Position numbers and translations under genes: made by a program. DNA of 61,541 bases, the filler included. It is 9 parts of 9 records of this genome, joined end to end, with 100 filler letters (N's around TTAATTAATTAA, not from the genome) between each part and the next. Parts side by side here need not be neighbours in the genome. Positions count along the whole stretch, not along the records: positions 26,125 to 34,644 come from SRR31147125_73851; positions 34,745 to 40,018 come from SRR31147125_73905; positions 40,119 to 48,668 come from SRR31147125_73963; 6 more parts are not named here. The stretch is one strand, 5' to 3'. The notes under the pieces are model-generated. The model was not told the DNA's origin. It was given only the letters and a program-made list of their open reading frames with translations, and ran no database searches. Shown here piece after piece: positions 32,933-44,571 of this stretch (position 1 is the stretch's first letter; each line of letters starts with the position of its first letter).

Positions 32933-33521
32933 GGCATTGATCCAAAACGATCCTGTCGATGGCCGACCATACATCGGCTTTGCCCATCCGAGTTTTGGCG
33001 GAAAAAAGAATCAGGGCTGACGGATCCATATCCAAGGCGGCACCGATCGTCTGGCGCTTATTTTTTCGCGCGGATGTAGAGAGTTTATCGGCTTTGGTAA
33101 CTACGATAATGGCGGACCGGTGATAAAGTGCCAGCCAGTCAATGAAATTCTTTTCCTCGAGACCGGGTGTGCGGCGGATATCCAGAATTAAGACGACCGC
33201 TTTGAGGGGGTCACGGCCCTTCAGGTAGGTTTCGATCATCGGTCCCCATTTCCGTTTCACCGATGCGGGGACCTTTGCGTATCCGTAGCCCGGCAGATCC
33301 ACCAGGGAAAGCGCGCCATTGACCGAGAAAAAATTGATCAGCTGTGTGCGGCCGGGCGTTGAACTGGTTTTGACCAGCCGCTTGCGGTTGACCAGGGTAT
33401 TTATCAAGGACGATTTTCCAACATTGGAGCGACCGGCGAAGGCCACCTCGGGGTAGCCCTCCCCGGGATATTGGGATGGCTTGACCGCACTGGTGACGAA
33501 TTCTGCCGTTTTAACGATCAT
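32925..33521 (-). CDS. engB: Ribosome biogenesis GTPase EngB/YihA
   Basis: [20 protein letters not shown] and TKADK. Confidence 0.95.
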   Translation of the reverse strand: MIVKTAEFVTSAVKPSQYPGEGYPEVAFAGRSNVGKSSLINTLVNRKRLVKTSSTPGRTQLINFFSVNGALSLVDLPGYGYAKVPASVKRKWGPMIETYLKGRDPLKAVVLILDIRRTPGLEEKNFIDWLALYHRSAIIVVTKADKLSTSARKNKRQTIGAALDMDPSALILFSAKTRMGKADVWSAIDRIVLDQCHE

Positions 33522-33536
33522 ATTGATGACACTCTT

Positions 33537-34644
33537 TTAATTGCGGGCCTTTAAATAGGATTCTAATCGATTTAATCCCTCGACGATATTTTCCATGGAG
33601 TTGGCATAGGAAAACCGCAGGTATCCTTCCCCATGCTGGCCGAAGTCGATACCCGGTGTGACCCCCACGCAGGCATTCTCCAGGATGTCGAAAGCCAAGG
33701 CATATGAATCGCCTGAAAGATGTTTGGCATTGGCAAACACGTAAAAGGCTCCGGTCGGCTCAACGGTGATTCCCAGCCCCATTTCCCTTAGCCGTTTGAT
33801 CATATACACCCGGCGCTCATTATAGATGCGTTTCATCCGCGCCACATCATCTCCGGCCTCCTTGAGGGCGGAAATGCCGGCTTTTTGGATCATGGCGTTG
33901 GCGGAAATGAAGAAGTTCTGTTGGACCTTTTGAATCGGCCGCATGAACTCTTTGGGGGCGATGAGGTAGCCGAGACGCAGACCAGTCATGGCAAAAAGCT
34001 TTGAAAATCCATTAAACACGAAGGCGCGGTCGGTAAACTCCAAGATGGAGTGCTCTTTACCCTCATAGACCAATCCGTGATAGATTTCATCGGACACAAT
34101 CCATGGCGACATGCCGGCGATGGCCGCCATGCGGGATTTGGAAAGCAGATTGCCAGTGGGGTTCGACGGCGAGTTGATGAAGATTGCCCGGGTACGGTCA
34201 GAGAGATTGGCTTCAATGGCTTCGGGCCGGTATTGAAAACCGTCTTCCTCGAATACCGGTACGGTCACCGGCTCGCCGCCGACAAACTTGATGAAATTCG
34301 GGTAGCAGGCGTAATGCGGGTCGGACAGGATCACCTGGTCGCCGGCTTCCAAAAGAGCGGCAAAGAGCATGAAAATCGCCGGCGAACTGCCCGAGGTCAC
34401 CACCACCTGGTCCGGATCCACGCTCACGCCATAGGTTTCATGGTAATACTCGCAGATGGCTTCACGCAGCTCCAGGATGCCCAGGCTGTGGGTGTAATGG
34501 GTAAACCCGTCCGCCAGCGCCTTACAGGCCGCCTCTTTGACGCATTCCGGCGTGTCGAAATCGGGTTCTCCCACCTCCAGATGCACAATATTCTTGCCTT
34601 CACACTCCAGGACACAGGCCCGTTCCAGCACATCCATGACGATA
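33537..34644 (-). CDS. Class I/II PLP-dependent aminotransferase, 5' partial
   Basis: GEPDF, NSPSNPTG, SDEIY and FSKLFAMTGLRLG. Confidence 0.92.
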
Positions 34645-34744
34645 NNNNNNNNNNNNNNNNNNNNNNNNNNNNNNNNNNNNNNNNNNNNTTAATTAATTAA
34701 NNNNNNNNNNNNNNNNNNNNNNNNNNNNNNNNNNNNNNNNNNNN

Positions 34745-35609
34745 TGCTCCACGTAAAGGTACATCGATAAAAATTCTTCGTTCGGATATTAAGCAGCGTC
34801 TCAAAGGTATGGGCATGGCAGAGATGGTTGGTTTTGCTGGCAGTATGGGAGTTTCAGTCAGAAGGGCAGGAAGTGCAGGCTCTGTTGAACCGCTCCACAA
34901 AGCAGGACTTGCTAGAGCTGAATTGGCTCAGAAGCCAAAAAGTGGTGTTGGAAATTCCGCAGGTGGCAGGTATGATGCTTATCTCTCTAAAATGGAAGAG
35001 GCTTCGATTACTATAAAGATTAAGGATGCTTTGAAGCGTTATATCTATATGAAGCTTGGAAATAATGTTCCGCTAGTACTTGATATTCAGGTAAGAAAGT
35101 TTGATATAGATGGTGTTGCCGGTGATAAATTTACTATAGAAGGTATTGAGCGTGGAGATTTGCCGGGAAGATGTGTCTTTGCTGCTTTAAGCTCTACTGA
35201 GGATGGTGAGATAAGTGGATATGCTACAGTCGAAGCGCAGATAAAACTGGAAGTAGATGCGCAGGTTCTGGGGAGAAATATCAGCAGAGGGCAGTCTATA
35301 CGCTCTCAGGATATTGTACTCAAACGAGTGACGTATAAACCTGGTATGAGTATTGAAAAGATTGATCCGGCTGCGCTGGATGGCAGAGTCGCTTTGCAGT
35401 CGCTGAGAGCTGGTGTGCCGCTGAGTCTGGCATATTTCGGCAGTCCTCTAGATGTGAAAAGAGGGCAGATGATTACTGTCTGTGTCTTAGGTAATGGCTT
35501 TACTATCAAGGAGATGGCTCTTGCTCAGGCTGATGGCAGTGTCGGTGATACTATAAAAGTAGAATCGGTTGTAAGTAAAAAAATCTATCCTGTCAGAGTG
35601 ACTGGATAA
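34745..35609 (+). CDS. flgA: Flagellar P-ring chaperone FlgA, 5' partial
   Basis: SAF-like region and VKRGQMITV...ALAQADGSVGDTIKV C-terminus. Confidence 0.85.
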
Positions 35610-35716
35610 GATATGGCAGATATGCCGATTGCAACAATGTAAGAGGCAGAGATTATAATAATAGCTGCCAGTATTTTCCATGATAAAACGTATATAATAT
35701 AAAGGGAGTGTGTAAC

Positions 35717-36493
35717 ATGCAGAGATTCGAAGGATTGAAATCTTTGATTATTTCCGGGTTGCTTGTCTCGGCAAACTGTTTTGCGGCAAATGACGGTTTT
35801 GGAGTGATAAGTCCGATGGAAAATGCACGTAGAATTCTGGAAGAGGAAGATATCGAGCAGAGTCTGGCTGAGGACAGGGTTGCAGCAAAGTTTTATGCGG
35901 CATTCGGTGGCTTTAAGAATGATATGATTAAGCCACGTGCAAGTAAAATACATGATAGAGTAACCTTTGTTATTGATGAGACTACCGAAAGTGAGATCAA
36001 GGCGAATACTGAGTTGACCAGTGAGACCGAGACTATCTGGAATCTTAATAACTGGTTTAACGTCAATAAGAACTCTGAAGGTGATACTAGAATTGAGCCT
36101 TATTCTATGAAGACTTCTGATGGTGCGATTGATACCACATATAATACAGATGATTATGCTCAGCTCAATATGAACACCAAGCATGAGCATGAAGGTGAAG
36201 GTAATACCAAAAGATCAAATACTTTGAAGACAAAACTGAGTGGTGAGATTATTCAGGTTCTGCCTAATGGTAACTTTGTAGTTGAAGCCAAGAAGACAGT
36301 AACTATCAATAATGAATCACAGGTAATTACTTTGCTCGGGACTGTTGATCCTGATGACTTGAATGAGAACTCAGAGGTTGCAAATGAGAAGATTATGGAT
36401 CTAAGTATTAAACTAACAGGAACCGGAGATGTAAGTGATACTATTAGACAGGGTTGGTTGGCTTCTCTAGTAAATAAATTCAAGCCATTCTAG
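35717..36493 (+). CDS. flgH: Flagellar L-ring protein FlgH
   Basis: DRVTFVIDE, QVLPNGNFVVEAKK, GTVDPDD and QGWL...PF. Confidence 0.88.
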   Translation: MQRFEGLKSLIISGLLVSANCFAANDGFGVISPMENARRILEEEDIEQSLAEDRVAAKFYAAFGGFKNDMIKPRASKIHDRVTFVIDETTESEIKANTELTSETETIWNLNNWFNVNKNSEGDTRIEPYSMKTSDGAIDTTYNTDDYAQLNMNTKHEHEGEGNTKRSNTLKTKLSGEIIQVLPNGNFVVEAKKTVTINNESQVITLLGTVDPDDLNENSEVANEKIMDLSIKLTGTGDVSDTIRQGWLASLVNKFKPF

Positions 36494-36577
36494 TACTGAT
36501 GGCATTGTGGTTGACTGTTTCTACTGTGGTTTGTTTCTCAAAAGAAAAAGATTTATCAAGGATGGGTGGTATTTCTC

Positions 36578-37710
36578 ATGGATAGTTGTATAAAGAGAGT
36601 TTACAAAGCAAAGTTAGTAATTATGCTGCTGTGTGTCGGTGGGTTTTTCTTTACCGCAAATCAGGCACATGCAGTTAAAGTGCGATCATTCTGTCGGCTG
36701 CTTGGTGCTGATGCTCTGAGGGTTGAGGGGCAGGGTATTGTTACTGGTCTTAACGGTACAGGTGATGGTGTTGATGCTTCTAAAATAATGATCAAGAAAT
36801 ATCTTGAAGCAAATAAATATAGCTTTTCCGAAGATGATTTATCAACAAAGAATATTGCTATTGTTAAAATTGATGCTGAGATCAGACCGTTCTCACGTCC
36901 GGGTGATAAAGTAAATTTGCGCGTCAGCTCGCTTGGTGATGCGAAGAGTCTTGATAGTGGTGTGCTTAAGAGCTGTTATCTCTCTTTCGGTACAGGAGAG
37001 GGTGCTATAGTCAGGGCTATGGGAAGAGTCTCTGTCGGTGATAATCCTACAACCGGTGTGGTCTCCGGCGGTGGTCTGCTTCTTAATTCCAAGATGCTTA
37101 ATAGATCTGTCTGGGATAAAAATGGGATGTTCAGGCTTATACTCAATAAACCTAATTTTCTTGATGCTGCAACAGTGGCGGCTAATATAAACGGTGACCG
37201 CAAGACCAATCCGGGGCTTTCAAAAGTATATGGCTTTGGTGATGATAATGCTGAGATTCCTAAGGTCGCTATTGCCAGTGATGCTAAAGAAGTTATTGTG
37301 CGTATTCCAGAGATGTATCGTGGTGAAAAAGTACGCTATATTGCTATGGTTCTTGATATCGATGTTGAGTTGCAGTCTGTGGCTGAGATAAGAATCAATA
37401 AGCAGCGAGGGTCGGCTATTGTTAGCGGTGATGTCGAAGTTATGCCGGGCTTTATCAGTTATAAAGGAAGAACAGTGACTCTGGCGCCAGCAGCTGCAGG
37501 GGCAGACCCCAAGTATGAAGTAAATGCTGATACCAGACGTTCTCTTGTCGATGTATTCGGTAGAATGAGTCTGGTGGTACGGGTCGAAGAAGTCTGCAGA
37601 GTCTGGTTGATACATTGGCGGCGATGCAGTGCGATACAAATGATATTATTGTTATATTACAGGAAATGAAATCGGCTGGACTGATACAGGCCGAGCTTAA
37701 GGTGGAGTAA
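36578..37710 (+). CDS. flgI: Flagellar P-ring protein FlgI (frameshift near 37560)
   Basis: GIVTGLNGTGD, KNIAIV and VSSLGDAKSL; the alternative frame ends MKSAGLIQAELKVE*. Confidence 0.88.
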
Positions 37711-37713
37711 ATT

Positions 37714-38109
37714 ATGGAAATGCCCGCATTATCAAATGTAGATTTACAGAACTATCAGTCTATCTCTTCTGCTGGCGGCAGTAAGAGTGAGATGATGAAG
37801 CTGGCAACTATGACTAAAGATGATTCTGAGGAAGGTCTTGAAGTCGCCGCCCGTGAGTTTACAGGTATGTTTATTGGGCAGCTCCTCAAAGAGATGCGCT
37901 CTACTGTTAAGATGGGTGATCTGGGGCATGGAGGGCAGGCGGAAGAGACTTTTCAGAGTATGGTTGATGATGAATGGGCTAAGAAGGTTGCGTATAATGG
38001 TACTGTTGAGAATGGTGGTAGCGGGCTTCTCAATACGGTTTACAATTCACTAAAACAGCGTGCTGTTACTCAGGCTTATAATCAGGCGGCACAGGTGGCT
38101 GGAAATTAG
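37714..38109 (+). CDS. flgJ: Short FlgJ (rod-binding domain only)
   Basis: AAREFTGMFIGQLLKEMRST...FQSMVDDEWA. Confidence 0.85.
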   Translation: MEMPALSNVDLQNYQSISSAGGSKSEMMKLATMTKDDSEEGLEVAAREFTGMFIGQLLKEMRSTVKMGDLGHGGQAEETFQSMVDDEWAKKVAYNGTVENGGSGLLNTVYNSLKQRAVTQAYNQAAQVAGN

Positions 38110-38212
38110 TAATACTATTGTTGTATTATAAGGTGTACATGGAGGATTGAACTTTTCGGTCAATAGAATTTATGGGGATAAATAACTGGAAAGTATTCAG
38201 GAGGATGGTCAG

Positions 38213-38710
38213 ATGAAGAGTGTACTTGAGAATTTAGAAGCGGTGCTGATGCATATTGCCGGGTTATATGCAAAATTGCTGGAAGAAGGCGAACTGAAGC
38301 GTACCGCGATAATAGAAGGCAATGTCGAATTGCTGGAAGAGGTTGTCGAGAGAGAGTATCAGATTCTTGAGGCGGTAGGAAAGGCTGAGCGAATTCGGCT
38401 TGCTCTTTCTTCTCAGGTGGAAGAGCAGTATGGTGTCCCTCAGGACGATAGGCCTGTGAAAATATCCTACCTCCTTACTCTGCTTGGTGAGAAAGGGGCA
38501 GGGCTGAAAAAGGCGCAGACAGTACTCAAAGATATGCTGACTCAGTTCCGCTTCCGTAACAGGCAGAATGAGGAACTCCTCAAGGCTTCTATAGAGCATG
38601 TGAATTCATTCCTCGGTATGATAAAGAATAGAGCAGGGGTCAATAAAACTTATAATCGTAAAGGTTATGGCAATAATGGCGGATTGAGTATTCTTGACCG
38701 TCGGGCATAA
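38213..38710 (+). CDS. flgN: Flagellar chaperone FlgN
   Basis: Helical protein with N..NEELL and C-terminal TYNRKG...LDRRA. Confidence 0.8.
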   Translation: MKSVLENLEAVLMHIAGLYAKLLEEGELKRTAIIEGNVELLEEVVEREYQILEAVGKAERIRLALSSQVEEQYGVPQDDRPVKISYLLTLLGEKGAGLKKAQTVLKDMLTQFRFRNRQNEELLKASIEHVNSFLGMIKNRAGVNKTYNRKGYGNNGGLSILDRRA

Positions 38711-38797
38711 GAGGTCTCTGCTGAGTAGTGTTGGGATTGTTGTATATACAGGAGAAGTGATTTAGGGTCTGGCTGAGAAGCCAGACCTAAATATTTA

Positions 38798-39862
38798 CTA
38801 CTGATAAGTAAATTGTTCATTCTCTTCCAGCATAAGCAGGAAGGTCTCGGCAATGTCCGGGTCAAACTGTCGCCCACGTTCTTCCTTGATAATACTGATA
38901 GCTGTCTCAAGTGGGAGAGTCGCACGGTATGGGCGATTGGTGCGCATCGCATTCCAAGTGTCACAGACAGAGATAATTCTTGCCAGAAGTGGGATATTCT
39001 CTCCTGTGATGTTGTCTGGATATCCTCCACCGGAAAAACGTTCATGATGATGTCTGATAGACGGTAGAATATTTTCAAACGAAGGTATCGGTTTGAGGAT
39101 TTTCTCGCCCTGAGTAGGGTGTTCCTGAATAAGAGCATACTCTGCATCTGTAAGGCGTGAAGGTTTGAGCAATACATTTTCCGGAACTGCGATCTTGCCG
39201 ATGTCGTGGAGTTGACCGGCAGTTCTTGCGTCTTCCTGGAATTCTTTAGGCATGCCCATCTTTTTACTGAGAGCTTCGGCAAGCTCGGCAACAGAGCTGG
39301 AGTGAGCAAAAGTATATTTATCTCGTGCATCAATAGCATTGGAGAGCGAGACCAGAGTTGCAATAAATAACTTCTGGTTTTCGAGCTTTGCCTCTTCAAC
39401 TTCTATCTTGAGTTTTTCATTATAATTAGCCAGCTCTTTACGGAGATTCTCGTTCTGCTTGCGCAGGCGTTCATTCTCGAGGATACGGCTTACTACTTCA
39501 ATCATTGCAACAGGCCTGAAGGGTTTCTGTAAGAAGAAATTAGCTCCGAGGTTGAGGGCGTCAGCAATTGCATTTATCTCGGCGTGTCCGGTCATGATGA
39601 TGAATGACGCTGTACGTCTGGTCTCTTTTGCCCAGCGCAGGAGATCTACTCCTGTCTCTCCCGGCATTACAACATCTGTAATAACCAGATCATAATCTGT
39701 GGATTCAATCAGCAGCTTGGCTGCTGTAACGTTGCTAGCTTCATCTATAAAGTAATCACAAGTACTGAGGGCTTCTTTTATAACAATACGGAGTGTATCG
39801 TCGTCATCAACGATTAATATCTTTTCATTCTCAGAATCAAATTGTAGAGGTATTGAGTCCAT
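38798..39862 (-). CDS. Response regulator with HD-GYP phosphodiesterase domain
   Basis: Receiver domain plus LHDIGKI, HHERFSGGGYP and DTWNAMRTNRPYR. Confidence 0.93.
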   Translation of the reverse strand: MDSIPLQFDSENEKILIVDDDDTLRIVIKEALSTCDYFIDEASNVTAAKLLIESTDYDLVITDVVMPGETGVDLLRWAKETRRTASFIIMTGHAEINAIADALNLGANFFLQKPFRPVAMIEVVSRILENERLRKQNENLRKELANYNEKLKIEVEEAKLENQKLFIATLVSLSNAIDARDKYTFAHSSSVAELAEALSKKMGMPKEFQEDARTAGQLHDIGKIAVPENVLLKPSRLTDAEYALIQEHPTQGEKILKPIPSFENILPSIRHHHERFSGGGYPDNITGENIPLLARIISVCDTWNAMRTNRPYRATLPLETAISIIKEERGRQFDPDIAETFLLMLEENEQFTYQ

Positions 39863-40118
39863 TAATGCCTTGCCTTTTTGATAATATATATATTCTGTAA
39901 ATTAATTACGTAAGTTGACAGCTTGCTGATCTGAGAACTTATTTGAGCATAGTCGCAATCCTATGCTAAATTTATTATCCGGTTTTTTTGGAAAAACGCA
40001 ATCAAAAGCAGGGAAAAANNNNNNNNNNNNNNNNNNNNNNNNNNNNNNNNNNNNNNNNNNNNTTAATTAATTAANNNNNNNNNNNNNNNNNNNNNNNNNN
40101 NNNNNNNNNNNNNNNNNN

Positions 40119-40871
40119 AGATACCCTTCCTCTGATTGGGTTGATAGCCAAGTCATATGCTTTTATGTAGTCTTCTTTAATCGTTTGAGCCTCTTCAATG
40201 GTTTTACCAATCATCATAGCATCAATGTCAGATCTATAAACTATCACTCTGTCAATCGCTCCAAATGCTGTTTTAAATGCAGTAATCTTCCCATTATTCA
40301 TATTAAGAAGCGCAGCAAAAGCAATTCTAGAAATTGCCAAAGCGTTTCTCTCGCCCACCTTTTTATAGTAATAATTTTCTAAATCTGTTTCCTTAATTAT
40401 TATTTCAACCAGTAACTCATCCGGTTTAAGAACAGTCTTGTTTCTGTCAAGATAAAATTCACAAATAGGTATCAATCGCTCGCCTTTTGCACTCATAAGG
40501 CGCAGCAGCGTATTTGTAATAAACAAAACCAGCGCAAAATCAGCCTTTGGTGAACCATTGCAGATATTACCTCCCACAGTTCCCATGTTCCGTATGGCTG
40601 GCGCCGCAATTTGCATAGTGGCTTCCTTCAATAATTGGGGGATATGCTCGCTTTCTATAATATCTGTAAAAGTGCATCCCGCACCAATACGCAAGGAATT
40701 CCCATCTTTTATGATTTTTCCTAATTCCGGTATTCTGTCAATAAATAAATAATTTGCGTCTTGATCATGCTCAACCATTAAATCCGTGCCTCCAGCATAT
40801 GGTGTAACTGTCTCTGCGGCAAGAATCTTCAATGCATCTTTTAAAGATGCAGGATGATAATTATTTACCAT
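40119..40871 (-). CDS. Xanthine dehydrogenase-family FAD-binding subunit, 3' partial
   Basis: AGGTDL and IRNMGTVGGN motifs. Confidence 0.9.
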
Positions 40872-41332
40872 AACCCCTTTCCCTCCTTCGCTGCAATCTT
40901 AATTGCTTCTACGATAGCGTTATATCCCGTGCACCTGCAAAGGTTGCCGGAAATACCTTCACGAATATCACTCTCAGTTGGGTTAGGATTCTTAAAAAGA
41001 ATACAATCCGAAGCAAGTATCATTCCGGGAATACAAAATCCACACTGTACCGCTCCTACAGATGCATATGCGTTATCCAGTACTTTGAATCGTTCTGTCT
41101 CTCGATATCCTTCAATGGTAATTACACTGCATCCCTCTATTCTCCCCATTGCAACTAGGCATGAATTAACCAATTTTCCGTCTATAATTACCGAACAAGC
41201 TCCGCATTCTCCTTCTTTGCAGCCGCATTTAACTCCAGTCAGGCGAAACTCATTTCTAAGAACATCGAGTAAACGTTCATTTGTATTTGCATTAGATGTT
41301 ACCTTTTGGTTATTCAGAACAAACTCAATCAT
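40865..41332 (-). CDS. Xanthine dehydrogenase-family 2x[2Fe-2S] subunit
   Basis: GCKEGECGACS, QCGFCIPG and NLCRCTGY. Confidence 0.95.
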   Translation of the reverse strand: MIEFVLNNQKVTSNANTNERLLDVLRNEFRLTGVKCGCKEGECGACSVIIDGKLVNSCLVAMGRIEGCSVITIEGYRETERFKVLDNAYASVGAVQCGFCIPGMILASDCILFKNPNPTESDIREGISGNLCRCTGYNAIVEAIKIAAKEGKGLW

Positions 41333-43443
41333 GCTTTTCCCTCCTTTATAACTCTCATGGTTTCTTCCTGCGTAACTGGAATCTTATTAATGCTGGATTC
41401 AAGGGCATTTTCAACCGCTTCAGCATAAGCAGGTGCAGGACCTACTGCCGGAAGCTCTCCCGCTCCTTTTGCACCATATGGACCATATGTATAAGGATTA
41501 TTTATTACGTCAGTGACAAGATTTTCAACGTCTAAAGATGTAGGTATCAAATAGTCGCTGAATTTATTGTTGCGGATAATCCCCTTGTCGTTGCACTTCA
41601 TCTTTTCGATTGAAGCATAACCAATTCCCTGCAGTATTCCTCCCTGCATCTGACCTTGAACAATATTCATATCAATTGGGATACCTACATCATATACCCC
41701 CCATGCTCCAAGAATTTTTGTCACTGCAGTTATAGTATCAACTTCCACTTCAACAACATTGGCACCCCATGAATAGTCCGGATATGCATCGCCTTCAAAT
41801 TTTTCTTTGTCAAATTGAATAACAAATTCCGGCTCAACATAATGCTCTTCAAAAACCTGCTCTTGACCGGATATCCATTGTTCTTTTAGCTTTTTTGAAG
41901 CTTTTTGCAGCAATGCGCCAACTACCATTATGGAACGGCTTGCAACTGTTGGTCCTGAATCGGGCACAAAATCAGTATCAGGGTTCTCGACAATCACGTC
42001 ATCATACGAAATTCCCAGCGTATCCGCCACAATTTTACAGAATGTAGTCTTTATCCCCTGCCCCATATCCGTACTACTTGTAAGAATTTCTACTTTATCA
42101 TTTGGATGTTTTTTTATCTTCGCTACTGCTTTAATCAGATCCCTTTCGCCGCTGCCGGTAAAACCGCAGCCATGGTAAAACAAGGACAAACCAATACCCT
42201 TACGGTATCTGCCCTTTTGATTTACATATTTAGCTCTCTTATTTCGATAATCGGATAGCTCGTTAATCCGTTCAATCATTTCCGGAAGGGGAATATGGTG
42301 GTGATACATACCGCTGGTTGATGTTTTATCACCTTGCTTAGCTATGTACTTTTCTTTAAATTCCAGTGAATCAACTCCCAGTTTATTTGCAACGTGATCC
42401 ATCATCATTTCTATTGAAAAGAATGTCTGCGGTGCGCCAAAGCCTCTAAAAGCACCGCATGGCACTGTGTTTGTTTTCACAGCACGACCTTCGACACGCA
42501 GATTCTCTATATTGTATACGCCGCAGGCTCCTATTAATCCCCTCTGCAAAACAACCAGCGACAGCGTTGTATATGCACCGCTGTTATATGTTACATCAAT
42601 ATCCATACCGATAATCTTTTTGTTTTTAACAGCGATTTTATATGTCGACAATGAAGGATGTCGTTTTGATGTGAATTCTATATCCTCTTCTCTGTCAAAC
42701 ACAACCTTAACAGGTTTATTTGCTTTTTTTGCCGCAACTGCAGCTTGGCATCCTAGTATTGATGGATAGTCTTCTTTACCGCCAAAAGCGCCACCTGTTA
42801 CATCCTGAATTATACGCACGTTTTTTTTATCATATCCTAAAGCTGCTGCGATTGCGCCATGCACATAGTAGGGGCATTGCATTGAGCCCCGTACGACAAT
42901 TTTTTTATCTTCAGGATATGCAACTAATCCATTTGTCTCCAAATACGCCTGCTCTTGGTATCCCGTTTGAAAAGTCTCTATAATGACATCATCCGCTTCT
43001 GCAAAGGCCTTGTCTACATCACCTTTTTCATACTTTTGATGAAAAAACACTTCCTTTGATTCCATCATATCTAAAATAGGGATCAATTCTTCATATTCTA
43101 CAACAATCTCATTTAACAATCGTACCACTTCATTGATATCTGGTCCGACAACCATAAGAATTGCATCGCCTACAAATTCAACTGTGTCTTCCACAAAAAC
43201 CGGCGTATCCTCTTGTACAATATGCACCTGATTGACACCCGATACATCTTTGTGATCGACTACAAAGTATCCATCTGGCAATTTCGGAATAATTATATTC
43301 TTAATTCTGGCTTTTGGCTTTACGGATCGTAAAAACTTCCCATGAAGCACACCATTTGCGTAGTAATCATCCACATACACAGCTCTGCCGGATGTCTTGG
43401 AACTATGGTCCTTTTTTTTGATTGATCTACTAATACGTTCCAT
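41329..43443 (-). CDS. Xanthine dehydrogenase-family molybdopterin-binding subunit
   Basis: QAYLET, GGAFGGK, AFRGFG, GQMQGG and GAKGAGE. Confidence 0.95.
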   Translation of the reverse strand: MERISRSIKKKDHSSKTSGRAVYVDDYYANGVLHGKFLRSVKPKARIKNIIIPKLPDGYFVVDHKDVSGVNQVHIVQEDTPVFVEDTVEFVGDAILMVVGPDINEVVRLLNEIVVEYEELIPILDMMESKEVFFHQKYEKGDVDKAFAEADDVIIETFQTGYQEQAYLETNGLVAYPEDKKIVVRGSMQCPYYVHGAIAAALGYDKKNVRIIQDVTGGAFGGKEDYPSILGCQAAVAAKKANKPVKVVFDREEDIEFTSKRHPSLSTYKIAVKNKKIIGMDIDVTYNSGAYTTLSLVVLQRGLIGACGVYNIENLRVEGRAVKTNTVPCGAFRGFGAPQTFFSIEMMMDHVANKLGVDSLEFKEKYIAKQGDKTSTSGMYHHHIPLPEMIERINELSDYRNKRAKYVNQKGRYRKGIGLSLFYHGCGFTGSGERDLIKAVAKIKKHPNDKVEILTSSTDMGQGIKTTFCKIVADTLGISYDDVIVENPDTDFVPDSGPTVASRSIMVVGALLQKASKKLKEQWISGQEQVFEEHYVEPEFVIQFDKEKFEGDAYPDYSWGANVVEVEVDTITAVTKILGAWGVYDVGIPIDMNIVQGQMQGGILQGIGYASIEKMKCNDKGIIRNNKFSDYLIPTSLDVENLVTDVINNPYTYGPYGAKGAGELPAVGPAPAYAEAVENALESSINKIPVTQEETMRVIKEGKA

Positions 43444-43587
43444 CTTCTCCTCCTATATTCACTTAAGAGCTTGCCAATTTTTTTGTAAGCAACTAACTTT
43501 CTTTGTATATCATTATATAACTATTCTACGGTATTTTCAAGGAACTTATAACTTAATCCGTATATTCAATCTTACGTGCTACATTGC

Positions 43588-44226
43588 TTATTCGTTGTTT
43601 TCTTTTACATCAATATAATTATATAGGGTATACTTTGAGATACCGAAGAATTTGGACACTTTATCACTAGATTTGGTAATTAAAAATGCGCCTTCATCCT
43701 GCAAATATTTAATTGCTCTGACTTTGTCTTCACGATTCATTTGTACTACTGGCTTATTAATCAGGTTTACCGACTGTTCAATAAGATCATCCAACAACGC
43801 ATTGACACTTTTGTTAATACGCTCAGGCTTCTTTTTGCTTTGAGTACTGATGAATTCCTGCAGAGTATAATCTGCCATCATAAAGCTGCTGATGTCATAA
43901 TTAATAGCAAAAATGCCTATTATTCTGCCTTTATCATCACGCAGGTAGATGGTTGTTGATTTTAACATTCTGCCGTCTTCTGTCTGTGTTTGATAATTAA
44001 TCATATCGTTCAGCTCGTCAGGATTTTTCCCCATCGCTTCCAGCACAACTCTAGATGAGCCATCTCCTTTTTTTCTGCCTGTTACATGACCATTTTCTAT
44101 ATAAATGATTGTATGCTCTGTTTCTTCGGTTAAATCGTGAATCACAACTTCACAATTGCTGCCAAAGTGTCCCGTTATACCCTTTGCCAGCTGTTCCCAA
44201 AATGGTCCTAGAAAAGTCTTGTTCAT
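43588..44226 (-). CDS. YheO-like PAS/HTH transcriptional regulator
   Basis: FGSNCEVVIHDL, NGHVTGR, LKSTT and GISKYTLYNY. Confidence 0.9.
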   Translation of the reverse strand: MNKTFLGPFWEQLAKGITGHFGSNCEVVIHDLTEETEHTIIYIENGHVTGRKKGDGSSRVVLEAMGKNPDELNDMINYQTQTEDGRMLKSTTIYLRDDKGRIIGIFAINYDISSFMMADYTLQEFISTQSKKKPERINKSVNALLDDLIEQSVNLINKPVVQMNREDKVRAIKYLQDEGAFLITKSSDKVSKFFGISKYTLYNYIDVKENNE

Positions 44227-44571
44227 TATGTGTCCTTTCATACGAGAGTATCCCAGATTTGTTTGTAAAACAATGGGAACACCCCCCACAATTTATTTAA
44301 ACTATGTAAATTGCGGCTACATTTTGCGAAAGCTCTATTTCTAGAAATATTACAGTTTTGAAAAAAATTTAATGAAAATTTTGCAAAGCAAAGTGTGCCG
44401 CCTACAATATACTGGCATAAACAGTTGATAATCTCTCTTTTCAACTATAAGCCTAGTAGAATAATTAAACTTAGGATAACCTCCTATTATTTTAACATAT
44501 ATCAATTGTAATCCCCAAATGTCTTTGTTATAATGATACGAATAGTGATAAAATTACAAGGAGGAACTGCA

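Noticed and set aside
32028-32974. Programmed frameshift or pseudogene in era (likewise traB, traC, HNH, kinase)
   Set aside because: Breaks sit at homopolymer runs throughout the window, including essential genes; sequencing error is simpler
41329-43443. Selenocysteine-containing or specifically assignable Mo-hydroxylase
   Set aside because: No in-frame TGA, and the substrate cannot be assigned from motifs alone
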